DNA of 64,000 nucleotides from Octopus vulgaris (taxonomy: Eukaryota): contig OX597824.1 of assembly GCA_951406725.2 (NCBI GenBank), positions 46,252,001 through 46,316,000 on the forward strand, read 5' to 3'. A program made the translations under genes and the position numbers. The first letter of the stretch is position 1. Every line of letters starts with the position of its first letter. This document shows positions 1 through 11,967 of this stretch, in pieces. The notes under the pieces are model-generated. The model was given only the letters and a program-made list of their open reading frames with translations, was not told the DNA's origin and did not search any database.

Positions 1-223
1 AATTATCCAAAATTGTGACTGCCTCCTTTTCTTCTTCATATATATGTAGTTGGAAAGGTGTAGCAAAAGATGTTCAGGTAGCAGATGAGATAGGTATGTG
101 GACGACATCAAAGTAAAACAATAGGAAAGCATCAGATTGTGGTTTAAATAATTTATTTAAATGACACTTGCATCTACTTGTTGTATACACAAAACAATTC
201 ACTACATGACATAACAAACTTAC

Positions 224-711
224 TTTGAGTTGGTGAAGAAGAAAATAAACGGGAAATACTGTGTTGATATGATGGGGTAGAACTAGACATGTTTTGTGTC
301 TTTGTGTGCATTGGTCATTCAGTGGTGCCTGTTTATGTTCTGCATCTGCTACTGTATGTAGGTTGCCTCCTGTTCACTTGAACCTTAAATTACATGGCTC
401 AGGTCGTAGGTTGAATGGAAAACCATCCATCACTTTTTGACAAGACAAAGAAATTTCTTTCGTGCCTGTTTAGCCAGTGGTGGATCAGATGTGTGAGAAT
501 CCTTGGATTTGGTTTTGAATCTCAGCTCAGAAAAAGGAAGTGTTAGTTTAGAAATTCCCTGTAGAAGTGGGGCAGGATATGCATCAGGTACAGTACAGTT
601 ATATAGCGATTGATAATCACTGCAAACTCGCCAATCAGTTAATGACTTCTTAGGAATGCAGTATATTAGTGAGGACCAGTTGCTGCTGGATGGGCAGATG
701 ATTCCGAGAAT
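224..711 (-). mobile_element. Ty3/Gypsy LTR-retrotransposon pol relic (RT N-terminus, possibly joined to a post-integrase fragment)
   Basis: Manual minus-strand translation of 711-568 gives ILGIICPSSSNWSSLIYCIPKKSLTDWRVCSDYQSLYNCTVPDAYPAP, matching the Gypsy RT motif GIIRPSxSxWxSPxxxVPKK...WRxCxDYRxLNxxTxxDxYPxP. The downstream part has stops and is only weakly assignable. Not in the ORF track. Confidence 0.75.
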
Positions 712-771
712 TTATAATGCATTTTCTCATTTATTAAATAACGGTACACACACACACCCAACTTTTTTATA

Positions 772-826
<55 letters not shown>

Positions 827-1161
827 GGGGATATAGCTTCACTTAATGTGGAAGACAGCTGGAGATTCCTACGGGACAATCTGCTGACAGCCACTGACCA
901 GATCTGTGGATGGAGCAAAGTACCATCTCGACCCAGAGTAACATGGTGGTGGAACACTGTGGTTGACAGGGCTATTAGACAAAAGAGACAGGCTTGGAAG
1001 GACTGGAAGAACGGTGGTAGCAGGGAATTGTATCAGACAGCCAGAAGGGAAGCTAGGAGACAGGTTTATTTAGCCAGAGGGGAAGCGGATAAGAAAAAAT
1101 TTGCCAATGTTCTGAGCCGTGAGGATGAAGGACTTGAGGTATTTCGTGTTGCATACAGTGT

Positions 1162-2238
1162 GTGAGAGAGAATCGTGATGTGGTAGGAGAGAAGTGTGTT
1201 CGCATGGATGATGGTTCACTTGCGCTAAATGAGGATGCAAAGAGAGAGGTTTGGAGATGCCACTATGAAAGGTTGCTGAATAAAGAAAATGAATGGGATA
1301 AAGAGAATCTGCTGAATGTTGACCCAACAGAGGGACCAGCTATCCGAGTTGATAGTTCCGTGGTAGCTAAGGCAATTAGAAGCATGAAGACAGGGAAAGC
1401 CCCAGGCCCATCAGGAATTACTGCAGAGATGCTCAAAATATCTGGCAGTGTCGGCTATAACCTAGTCACCCATATAGTCAACCAGGTGATACACGAAGGA
1501 GTCATACCCAATGACTGGTGTAGCAGCATACTAGTCAACTGCTACAAAGGTAAAGGTGATGCCCTAGATACAAATAATTACAGAGGTATCAAGCTGTTGG
1601 ATCAGGTAATGAAGGTTACGGAGAGGGTCATAGCCCAACTAATTAGAGAGAGAGTTAGTTTAGATGAGATGCAGTTTGGGTTCGTGCCAGGGAAAAGCAC
1701 CACTGATGCTATATTCCTGGTAAGGCAGCTGCAGGAGAAATACCTAGCCAAAGATAAGCCCCTGTACCTGGCTTTCGTTGACATGGAGAAAGCCTTTGAT
1801 AGGGTCCCCCGATCCCTCATCTGGTGGTCAATGAGGAAACTAGGGATAGATGAATGGCTGGTGAGGGCTGTGCAAGGCATGTACAGAGATGCCGTAAGTA
1901 AGGTTAGGGTTGGCAACATGTACACAGAAGAATTCAAAGTAGAGGTTGGGGTCCACCAGGGTTCAGTACTCAGCCCCCTCCTATTTATCATAGTCCTCCA
2001 GGCAATTGTGGAGGAATTCAAGACAGGTTGCCCCTGGGAGCTCCTCTATGCTGACGACCTCGCTCTAATTGCTGAATCACTATCAGAACTGGAGAAGTTC
2101 CAGGTGTGGAAGGAGGGTTTAGAATCAAGGGGCCTTAGAGTCAACCTAGCTAAAACCAAAGTACTAATAAGTAGAAAGGTGGACAATCCACAAATATCCT
2201 CAGGAAGATGGCCTGCTCGATCTGTAGAAAAGGTGTAG
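1162..2238 (+). pseudogene. Reverse transcriptase core of the RTE LINE (fragment of a disrupted ORF)
   Basis: RT motifs incl. YADD in the 358-aa ORF; the frame is broken by indels on both sides. Confidence 0.9.
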
Positions 2239-3125
2239 GTAGAAACTCTATAAGATGTACCCAGTGTAAGCTATGGACACATAAGAGGTGCAGCAATGTC
2301 AAAGGTAAGCTAACTGGGAAGATAGTTTTTGTATGTGGCAGATGCTCGGGAGCATTGACCTCCGAAAATCTGCAGAAAACAACTTCCGTCACTTTCCGGG
2401 GGAAAAACTAGAGGTAGTTGATAGCTTCCGCTATCTAGGTGACCAAGTCAGTAGTGGGGGTGGGTGCGCTGAAAGTGTAACTGCTAGAATAAGAATAGCC
2501 TGGGCAAAGTTTAGGGAGCTCTTACCTCTGCTGGTGACTAAAGGCCTCTCGCTCAGAGTAAAAGGCAGACTGTATGATGCATGTGTACGAACAGCTATGC
2601 TACATGGCAGTGAAACATGGGCCGTGACTGCTGAGGACATGCGTAAGCTCGTGAGGAATGAAGCCAGTATGCTCCGATGGATGTGTAATGTCAGTGTACT
2701 TACTCGACAGAGCGTTAGTACCTTGAGAGAAATGTTGTACCTAAGAAGCATCAGTTGTGGTGTGTAAGAGAGACGATTGCGCTGGTATGGTCATGTGGCG
2801 AGAATGGATGAAGATAGGTGTGTGAGAAAGTGCCAATCCCTAGCAGTTGAGGGAACCCGTGGAAGAGGTAGACCCAGGAAAACCTGGGACGAGGTGGTGA
2901 AGCACGACCTTTGGACGTTAGGTCTCACCATGGAAATGACTTGAGACCGAGACCTATGGAAGTATGCTGTGCGTGAGAAGACCCGGCAAGACTAGTGAAG
3001 CCATAACCCGTGGTGCATACCTTCCTTCTTGTGACACTTGTGAAGACCTGTTGAGGCAAGTGAAAATCAAATCAAATCAAATCAAAATAGATGAACATCA
3101 ATGGAATTTGTACCCTTGTGGTACC

Positions 3126-3470
3126 AGTGCCGGTGGCACATAAGAAAACCATCCGAACGTGACCGTAGCCAGTACCACATCAACTGGCCTCCGTGCTGAG
3201 GGCACGTAACAAACACCATCCGAGCGTGGCCGTTCGCCAGCCTCGTCTGGCACCTGTGTCGGTGACACATAAGAAAACACCATCCAAGCGTGGCCGTCTG
3301 CCAGCCTCGTCTGGCACCTGTGTCGGTGGCACATAAAAAACACCATCCGAGTGTGGCCGTCTGCCAGCCTTGTCTGGCACCTGTGTCGGTGGCACATAAA
3401 AAACACCATCCGAGCGTGGCCATCTGCCAGCCTCGTCTGGCACCTGTGTCGGTGGCACATAAAATCACCC
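3126..3470 (+). repeat. Tandem array of ~60-bp units (4 near-identical plus 1-2 diverged) in the RTE 3' UTR
   Basis: Unit caccatccgagcgtggccgtctGCCAGcctcgtCTGGCacctGTGTCggtGGCACataaaaaa repeated directly. Confidence 0.92.
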
Positions 3471-3639
3471 ACTACACTCTCGGAGTGGTTGGCGTTAGGA
3501 AGGGCATCCAGCTGTAGAAACACTGCCAGATCTGACTGGCCTGGTGCAGCCTTCGGGCTTGCCAGACCCCAGTTGAACCGTCCAACCCATGCTAGCATGG
3601 AAAGCGGACGTTAAACGATGATGATGATGATGATATACA

Positions 3640-4010
3640 TATGTGGTGGTTGTCTATACCTTATGCATAGTCTGATCACCTCTTGTACTTATGCCTAAGA
3701 TCCATCATGGTGTCTGATGGGGCTTTTTAAACCAGACAATGTATTGAAAAGACATCCACATAGATTGCATATCTGATTTGCACCACCTAGAGCTGCAGTT
3801 AACTTCTGATTTTTGTGGATCTTAAAATGTCTTTTGAGGCCTCAGATTTGCAGACCTTATGCATATATATATTTCTTTGTCCTGGGGCTTAACTGCTAAT
3901 GGTGTCATAGGGGTGCCATCATGATGTAAAGTATGTCTTGGGTGTTTGTTTAGACCTACTGAAATCCATTCCTCTCCAGGTCTGACCGTAGCTATTTTTT
4001 TCCAGATAGA
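3640..4010 (-). mobile_element. Old LINE 3' fragment with a C-terminal C2H2-like zinc finger
   Basis: Minus strand reads QICNLCGCLFNTLSGLKSPIRHH*, resembling the CxxCGRxFxSxxGLxSHxRxH terminus of some RTE-type LINEs. Confidence 0.45.
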
Positions 4011-4724
4011 CAAACTAACAGGTACAAATAAAGAGTGAGAGAAGAATCAACCCATGACAGGACTAGTTCTTTATTTATAGACCCCCAAAAGGATGAAAGG
4101 CAAAGTTGACTTTGGTGGGATTTGAACTCAGAACAATTACTGAAAAGCAATCCATCCAATGTTCTAATGACTCTACCAAGTGTGTGTATGTGAGTGTAAA
4201 ATCATGGTGAGATGTGGACATAGAATGTGGAGGTTAGAGATAAACAAGCTAAATGTAATCTATTGGATGTAGAATGTTGACTTTGATGAAAGAGAGCATG
4301 CAAATCAATTGAGAAAGTGACAAAGCATTATGAGCATCAGCTAATGCAAAGCAGTGTAATTGCAAAATGATGTGCTGCAAATGAACAACACATTCTAGGT
4401 GAAAACCTGTTTGGTGCTGACAGTGGGAAACATTGAAAGATAGGATGACAGCCTATCTTGGCTGTGGGAGCATGTTGAAGGACAATAATTTGTACAGCAG
4501 ATCAGTCCTGTCTATATATCATCATCATCATGGTTGTGAGGTCTACCATTTTCTATGGTTTTATGCCCTTATCACCAACATACTTGTTTCCAAATGAGGA
4601 AACATTTGGAATCTATCAAATAACCCTGGGCCCAGACATGTTTATCCAGAAAACTGAATGAATGAGCTTTTTGCTTGTTTACAACTTGTGAAAACATGTG
4701 AAGGTGAGAGAAATACCAACCCAT

Positions 4725-4942
<218 letters not shown>

Positions 4943-5741
4943 GCATTTTTCAGTTTTTGTCTACCAAATCTGCTTGCAAAGTTTTGCTTGGTTGGGCCTT
5001 AGGGTGGCAAATTGACAGAATCAATAGCACGCTGGACAAATGCTTAGTGGCATTTTCATTTATCTTCATGTTCTGTGTCCAAATACCACCAAATTCTACT
5101 TTGCATTTCAGCCTTTCTGAGTTAATAAGATAAGTACCAATCAAGTACTGCAGCCAACACAATCGACTAGCCTCTCCCACAAAATTCCAAACCTTGTGCC
5201 TATTGTAGAAAAGATTGTTGTTGTTGTAGTTATTGTTTATGTCAAGTGAAGCACATGATCTTTTTTAACTCTCACTCCCAAGCACTTTGATGTTTATTTA
5301 AAATTTTTATGAGATAAAATGGTGCTACAACATCCTGCTTTCATGTCCCAAAATATTGTTGTAAAAAGCAATTGTTATTATTATCTCTACCACCACCACT
5401 ATTGGTATTATTGCTGCTGCTACTACTACTGCACTATTAAGGCTGCCATTTTTGTTGTTAATAATGGTAGAGGGCAGAAAACTGGCAGAACTGTTAGAAC
5501 ATCAAACAAACTGCCTTGCATTATATCTTCTGGCTCTTTATATTCTGTTTTGTATCCTGCTGCAATCAATTCTGCCTTTCATCCCTTCTGGATCAAGACA
5601 ATTTAGTACCAGTCAAGTATTGTGGTTGATGGCATTGATCAACTCTCTCCCCACAAAATTGCTAGCCTTGTGTATAATTTAGAAACCATTGTTAATTGTG
5701 GTAGAAATGATAGAGCACTGGAAGACATTGAATTCTGTTAA

Positions 5742-5962
5742 CCCTTTCGTTACCAACCCGGCTGAAACCAGCTCTGGCTCTGTAGTACAAATGTCTTGTT
5801 TTCATAAGTTTTGAATTAAAATCTTCCACCAAACCTTAGTCACAATTTATGTTCCTAACACTAGCTGAAAGATAAATAAGTTATTTTACTAAATTCTTTG
5901 TTATATTGAAAGTAATTGAAAGAAATACAGAGCATCTCAAAATAAATACAGTACTGAAAGAG
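5742..5962. mobile_element. piggyBac-type MITE (~220 bp, TTAA target duplication)
   Basis: ttaa|ccctttcgttac...gtactgaaagag|ttaa; near-identical copy at 34119-34338. Confidence 0.85.
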
Positions 5963-6339
5963 TTAACCCTGTCAAACCATCCAACCTATGCCAGCATGGA
6001 AGATGGACATTAGAAGATGATGATGACGAGGAGGAGGATTTATTTATGTCCATCTACACTTGTGAGTTGTGGAGGTGTAAGGCTTTGTGGTTACAAATTG
6101 GACTCATGATCATAAGATTGTGATTTTGATTCCTGGACCAGGCAATGCATTGTGTGACCAATATGCATTTCTCCATTTGACAACCTCTTAACACTGAAAT
6201 AAGATTTTCACAATAATTTCCATACAGCTAGTTGTCTCAGCAAATTAAGAAAATGAATGCTACTTTTTTCTTTTGGGGCTATTTAATCAGAAGCATAACT
6301 GTGGTTCAGTACCAAAGTGATATCTGGGCAAGTGTCTTC

Positions 6340-7308
6340 GGATCTTTTCTTTTTGAAGGCCAGATTTTCCTAGTTAACTAAAAAATTTGAAGCTTCGTAT
6401 ACTGGTAGAATGTGTCAAAAGAAAACATTATTGTAAACAAAATTGAAAACAAAATTGTAATTTGTAACTTAAACGTAGTTTAATTTTTACAAATTTTAAC
6501 CAATGAAATCCCAACATCTTCGAATATTAACCAATGAAATCCCAACATTGCTGCGTTATCGATATTGATAAAGAAATATAGCAGACACACACACACACAC
6601 ATTTGCACAAGCACGTAGTAATTAATATATAAGCGTACACACACATACAAACAGACGTATACATACACACACATACGCACACAAGCAAAAATACACATTG
6701 TGTTTTGCCACTTGCCGCAACAAATTTGCACAGAAGGGGGGGTGGGGTCAATGTTTCATCATTTCGGGGTCGATAAATTAAGTACCAATTACGCACTGGT
6801 GTCGAGGATTTTTTTCCCAATTTATATCACAGCTTCTGACAAGCTGGGGGCATCCTTTTATGAAAAAATATTTCGCAAATTTTTACAATACGACTCACAC
6901 TCCACGTGCAAACTCGAGACCGATTTAGGCATATTATTGTTTTGTTTTTGTTTTTTCTGACCCTTCAAAACCATGGGAGAAGCCTTTTCGGTAAAAAAAA
7001 AAATAAAGAAAATATTCAAAAAATATCGTTAATAGTTTTATTGGGTGACGAAATTAATCGATTTAAGAGATATAGCTGTTATTTCTAGCACATGTAGAAG
7101 ACAGAAGAAGAGGTAAATAATTTGAGCTCGAATGCTGCGATTTCATTGGTTAAAATTCTTAAAATTAAACTACGTTTAAGTTACGAATTACAATTTTGTT
7201 TTCAATTTTGTTTACAATAATGTTTTCTTTTGACACATTCTACCAGTATACGAAGTTTCAAATTGTTTAGTTAACTAGGAAAATCTGGCCTTCAAAAAGA
7301 AAACATCC
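6340..7308. mobile_element. Non-autonomous DNA transposon with ~190-bp TIRs and 8-bp TSD (MULE- or Merlin-like), inserted in a SINE
   Basis: ggatcttttctttttgaaggccagattttcctagttaact... is mirrored by ...agttaactaggaaaatctggccttcaaaaagaaaacatcc; gtgtcttc is duplicated at 6332-6339 and 7309-7316. Confidence 0.9.
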
Positions 7309-7439
7309 GTGTCTTCAACTTTAGTTCTGGACTAACCAAAGTTTTGTGAGTGAATTTCATTGAATGAAACTGAAAGAAGCTTATCATGTATATGTATCTT
7401 TTTTGTTTGTGTGTATTTGTGTGTGTGGTTTGATCACAT

Positions 7440-8022
7440 TATGTGGATGAATGTTGACATTTGCATAAAGAAGTGCTGATTACTTAAAGTGGATAGAACC
7501 CATGAAAGAGCAAGCCCCAGAAAGACTTGCTGTGGAGCACTGAATGCCGATCTCAGAACACTGAGCCTTATGAAGGAGATGACAAAGAACTGAAATATCT
7601 GATACCTTGCTGTACTCAAGAAGACCTGTTCACTACAGCAGAATTGTTAATGTGTTCCTCCCAGCTGAAGGGATGCTTGTCTTGCAAGAGTCCCATGTCT
7701 ATTCCACGTAAAAAGCACTCATGCTGGCCATGTAAAAGTTACCTGTGCTGGTACCATGTAAAAGCACCATGCTGGTGTCACATAAAATTCACTTGTGTTG
7801 GGTCATATTAAAAAGGACCCATGCTGAAGCCATGTAAAAAGCATGCAGCACACTCTGCAAAATGGTTGGCATTGTGAATGGCATCCAGTCACAGATATCA
7901 AGCCAAATCAGACTACAACCTGGTGCAGCTCTCCAACTTGCCAGCTCTAGTCAAACCATCCGACGACCCATGCCAGCATGGGAAATAGATGTTAAACAAC
8001 TATGATGACAATGACGACGACA
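7440..8022 (+). mobile_element. Old RTE LINE 3' end with a ~24-bp tandem array and degenerate (GAT)n tail
   Basis: GRPRKTW-like remnant at 7510-7530, repeated ccatgtaaaaagcac units at 7706-7845, shared RTE terminus acccatgccagcatgg...gttaaac. Confidence 0.7.
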
Positions 8023-10620
8023 ATGTATGTATGTATTTATGTATCTGTGTACATGTTGGTGCCTTTATCTTGATATTGTGCAATAGGTGTAAATGAGTGT
8101 CACCATCATATGAGTGGTGCCCTTCATTTCTAATCTTCTTTGAAGACATGCCCAGCCATGAAGGAAATATTACCATACTTGAAAATTGATAAAAGTTGAT
8201 AACAAGAAGGGCATCCAGGTATAGAAAACTTGCTTCAATGAATTCCATTTGATTGACGCAAGCATGGAAAAGTGGGCCGTATGATGGTGGTGGTGGTGGT
8301 GGTGGTGATGATGTAATAGTGTGATTTGGTCACGGGATAAAAACTCATCAGTCAAAATGCATTTGACCTATTTCTGCTTCCCACTCTGAGAAATATTCAC
8401 GAAATATATAATAGTAAACAAATGATTTCCACAGATATTTATTTCAACTTTCAGTCATATGAGTGAGAAATGATAGCATAAACAGAGAAAGAGAGAGAGA
8501 GAGAGACTGAAGGAGGAAGAGATAGAAAGGGAGTGGAAGAAAGGGAAGTAAATCAAATAATGTTGAAGAGTGAGTCAATGAGGGAGTGGGGAAGAAATAA
8601 AGGAAGGAACTACATTAAGAACTTATGTTACGAGACATATATGAGAAAAATTGTTTGAAATTGTTTTTATATTTGTTTTGAAAGATACTTGATGTGGAAT
8701 TGTGTGTTGAAACAGATATTATTATATTCAGGGACAGTCCTTTTGCCAACAGACATATGCACAATTTCACTTTGACTTCAGCTTAATTAGTCAATAGTTA
8801 TTTTGTTAAAGCTATTTTGTCACATATTCTGTGACTTCCTCAGTGATTATTTGTTCTTCTTTTCTGTGTCTTCTCTTCTTTTTGACCCTATTCTGTTTAC
8901 CCCATCTTGTCTTTCTGTGGTATGTAATCCTTGCAGCACATGCATTTGTGTCCGTGTTGTGTGATGTCTATGTGTCTGGTATATGTATGTGTGTCTTGTG
9001 TGTGTGTATGGGGATGCATATTGCACTGTTTGTATCTGTGTTTCCCTTTTTTTCCTGGGCCTTATTTTATCTTTAGTCATTAAACTGTGGTGTGGGATGG
9101 GGGAGTTACTATTCCATTCACATTTTCTGTTGAGGTTCAGGCTACTTTCTATTGTGCATATGGTCTATGTAATCTTAGTGTTGAGTCAGTTCTGTGTGGA
9201 TAGGATCTTAAGCTCTATGTCATTTCTCAAGCCTCCAGGTTCTGGTTTAGCGTCTTGGTCTAGCACTGATGAGCTTTTCTCCTCTTTCAGTTCTTGCCAG
9301 TTTTCTTTTATCACTCTCCTACGCTGTGTGATGTATCTCCAATACATGTCATTGTCATGTTTCTGCACATCTTATCCCATAGACTGCACTAAATGATGAA
9401 AATATAATGAATATACGTATATTGATTATATAGTAAAAAATGAATTTTGTTATTTTAATATTAGAGATCCCATTGCTAAATTTACTGAAATCCTAAATTA
9501 CCATCCAACATTATATTACATTTTTGCTTTGATAACTTTTCACCCATGTAAAACCCTTTGGGCACCAATTCACCTGACACTGCTCTTGATTCTGTGCTTC
9601 CCATTTTTAGTGATTTAAATTAAAACCATCCATCATATTTTCAGTTTAATTTATGTTCCAATTGCCAGCTTAATATTGACAGTTATTTATTAAATTCTTT
9701 GTTATTTTCAAAATTAATTGAAACCATGGCAGTTTATTTCAACAGAAGTATGGTTACAAATAGGTTGAGGCATTGAAAGCAAAAGAAATTATTCATGACA
9801 AAAGATTGGAAAAGAAAAATGATTCGAAATAAGAAAATAGTTTCTTTCAAATTAGATCATTGTTTGTATTTGTTGAATAAATCAAACCCAATACTTAGCT
9901 TTTTATTCTATTGGTATCTTTTTGTCAAACTTTTTGTGGGGACATAAACAAAGCAACACTGGTTGACAAGTGATTGGGGTGGTCAATCACAAAGACATGC
10001 ACATAGACACACACATATCTATATATATATGACAGGCTTCCAAAAAGTTTTCTCCTACTAAATTCTCTCAGAACATATTGGTTGACCTAGGACAGGATGC
10101 ATTGGTTAACCTAGATGCACACTGTTGGTTTGAACCAGAAGCCACTTGTTTGTGAAGTAAAATTCTTAACTACACAGACATGCTTGTGCCTAGAGTGAAT
10201 TATGTGCTGTTGAATAAAGCTGCAAATAGCAATGGCCTTAATTCTCCTGTATCACTTATTGCAAAATTTACAAAAGCTATTACAAAAGTGGCTATGGTAA
10301 GAAATTTGCTTCCCAACCACATGGTTCTGTGTTCAGTCCCACTGTATGGCACCTTGGGCAAGTGTTTTCTATTATAGTTTTTTGCTGACCTAAGCCTTGT
10401 GAGTGGATTTGGTAGACAGGAACTGATAGAAGTCTGTCATATATATAGATATATATATAAAATACAAAAATGGGACAAGAACGCAAAACATCCAGACAGA
10501 CGATACAAAGAAAACAAGGATGGGTCATTCAGAGTTTTCTTTCCTCAGTCGAGTTCCAGATTATCTTTGCAATTTCAGCTGGTTGTACTTTACATACATA
10601 CTTATATATATATATATATA

Positions 10621-11967
10621 TTGGATCATCCCATAAATAATGCGTTTTTTGTACTTCTTTTATTTTTCAAAATCAATGTAAACACAGTCCTTTTTTAATC
10701 TAAAATATACTCTCCTTCATTTTCTACAGTGCTCTTTCATCTATCTGGTAGACTTTCAGAGCCCCTCTTCCAAAATTCACTTGTTCATGATGAAAAATAC
10801 TCTTCTAGTACTATTCTGGTCCCATTGACAGAATTCATATTTTCCCATCCAAATGATTTTGAAGTCTGCAGAATAAATGATAATCAGATGGGGAAATGTC
10901 CAGTGAATATGGTGGATGGGGAATCATTTCCTAATCAAACTGTTCCAGCCTTTGGAATGTCATCTTCGTTCCATGTGACTGAGCATTATCCTGATGGAAG
11001 TACACCTTTCATCTTGAAACCAAAGATGATTGTTTTCTAATGGCACACAACTGTTGATGAATGGTTAAATGACACCTTTCATCATGAAACCGAAGATGGT
11101 CATTTTTCTTCTAGCGCTGACTTAAGCTGCTCCAGCTACTTGCAGTAGATCTCCTTTGGTTTGAATTTAAAAGTTCAACTTGGCCTAAACCTTTCATATC
11201 CCACCAAACAGATAACAACACCTTACATGAGTAAAGACTCTCTTCAGGCTTGAGTGCTGGTGTTTCTCCTTTCCCTATCCACTGTCTTCGGCGCTTGACA
11301 TTTTTATAGAGAATCCATTTCTCATCACCAGTTACTATTTGGTCCAAAAAAGGTTCATTTGTGAGATGTGATAACAAAGAAGAGTACACATTCACTCTCT
11401 GCACATGATTAGACTTGGAAAGTTTGGGAGGAACCCATTGACCCAATTTACTGACTTTTCTGATGGCATGTAAGTGTTGATGAATTGCTGAATGACCAAA
11501 TCCAAGCTTCTCTGCTAACTCCTCAATAGTTATGATGGAATTTTGTTCCACCGGTGTTTGCCAGATGTCCTCATCAAGCTTTACATTTCTTTCAGGACAA
11601 GGCTCGCCTTCTAGGCTGTAGTTTCTGACTCGGAATTTCTGGAACCACCATTGACACTGGCTTACACTTATTATCTGATCTCCATAGACTGCATTGATAT
11701 TCCTTGCACTTTCTGTTATGTTGTCGCCTTTATTGAACTCATAAAGCAAAATATGCCGAATATGCTCCTTTGTCACTTCCATTATAGCTTTGAGAAAATA
11801 ACTATCAAAATCAAGCTGCACTCTTCAAAACTTGCACTAAGAATAAGGACAATGTAAAATTAAATAACTGCTTTTATAGCAAGTTGATTCAGATGCTTTA
11901 TCCTATCCCCCCTCTGACTTTTAGTTTGTGCAATTGAAAACACTGCATTATTTATCGGATGACTCAA
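10621..11967 (-). mobile_element. Full-length but decayed mariner transposon
   Basis: TIRs ttggatcatcccataaataatgcg / cactgcattatttatcggatgactcaa with TA flanks. ORF 11111-11821 has HIRHILLYEF, WFQKFR, WVP and IVTGDEKW (first catalytic D); frameshifted thereafter. Confidence 0.92.

Larger units (their letters stand above)
823..3634 (+). mobile_element. 5'-truncated RTE-clade LINE with RT, an embedded PHD finger, a structured 3' repeat array and a (GAT)n tail; defective
   Basis: ORF 1162-2238 has non-LTR RT motifs (KAPGPSGI, NYRGIKLL, QFGFVPGKST, FVDMEKAFDRV, GVHQGSVLSPLLF, LYADD). 2333-2767 continues with FRYLG and LHGSETW, followed by GRGRPRKTW-type sequence. Frameshifts near 2212 and 2400, stop at 2765. 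Ends ggacgttaaac(gat)n. Confidence 0.93.

Noticed and set aside
656-1165. 169-aa ORF as a host gene
   Set aside because: Chimera of antisense Gypsy relic, (TG)/(TA) microsatellite and RTE ORF sequence.
3126-3470. CRISPR-like array next to an RT
   Set aside because: Eukaryotic LINE 3' UTR; variable parts are only 6-11 nt hairpin loops, no unique spacers, no cas genes.
3082-3614. Repetitive Cys/His-rich ORFs on both strands
   Set aside because: Translations of the 60-bp tandem array.
8383-8415. Second minimal hammerhead (act-ctgaga...cgaaa-tatata-at-agt)
   Set aside because: Core lacks a base of CUGANGA and stem II does not pair; too degenerate to support.
8640-9396. ORFs 8831-9396 as a host exon
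   Set aside because: No splice signals or recognisable domain; looks like a decayed repeat, family not assignable.
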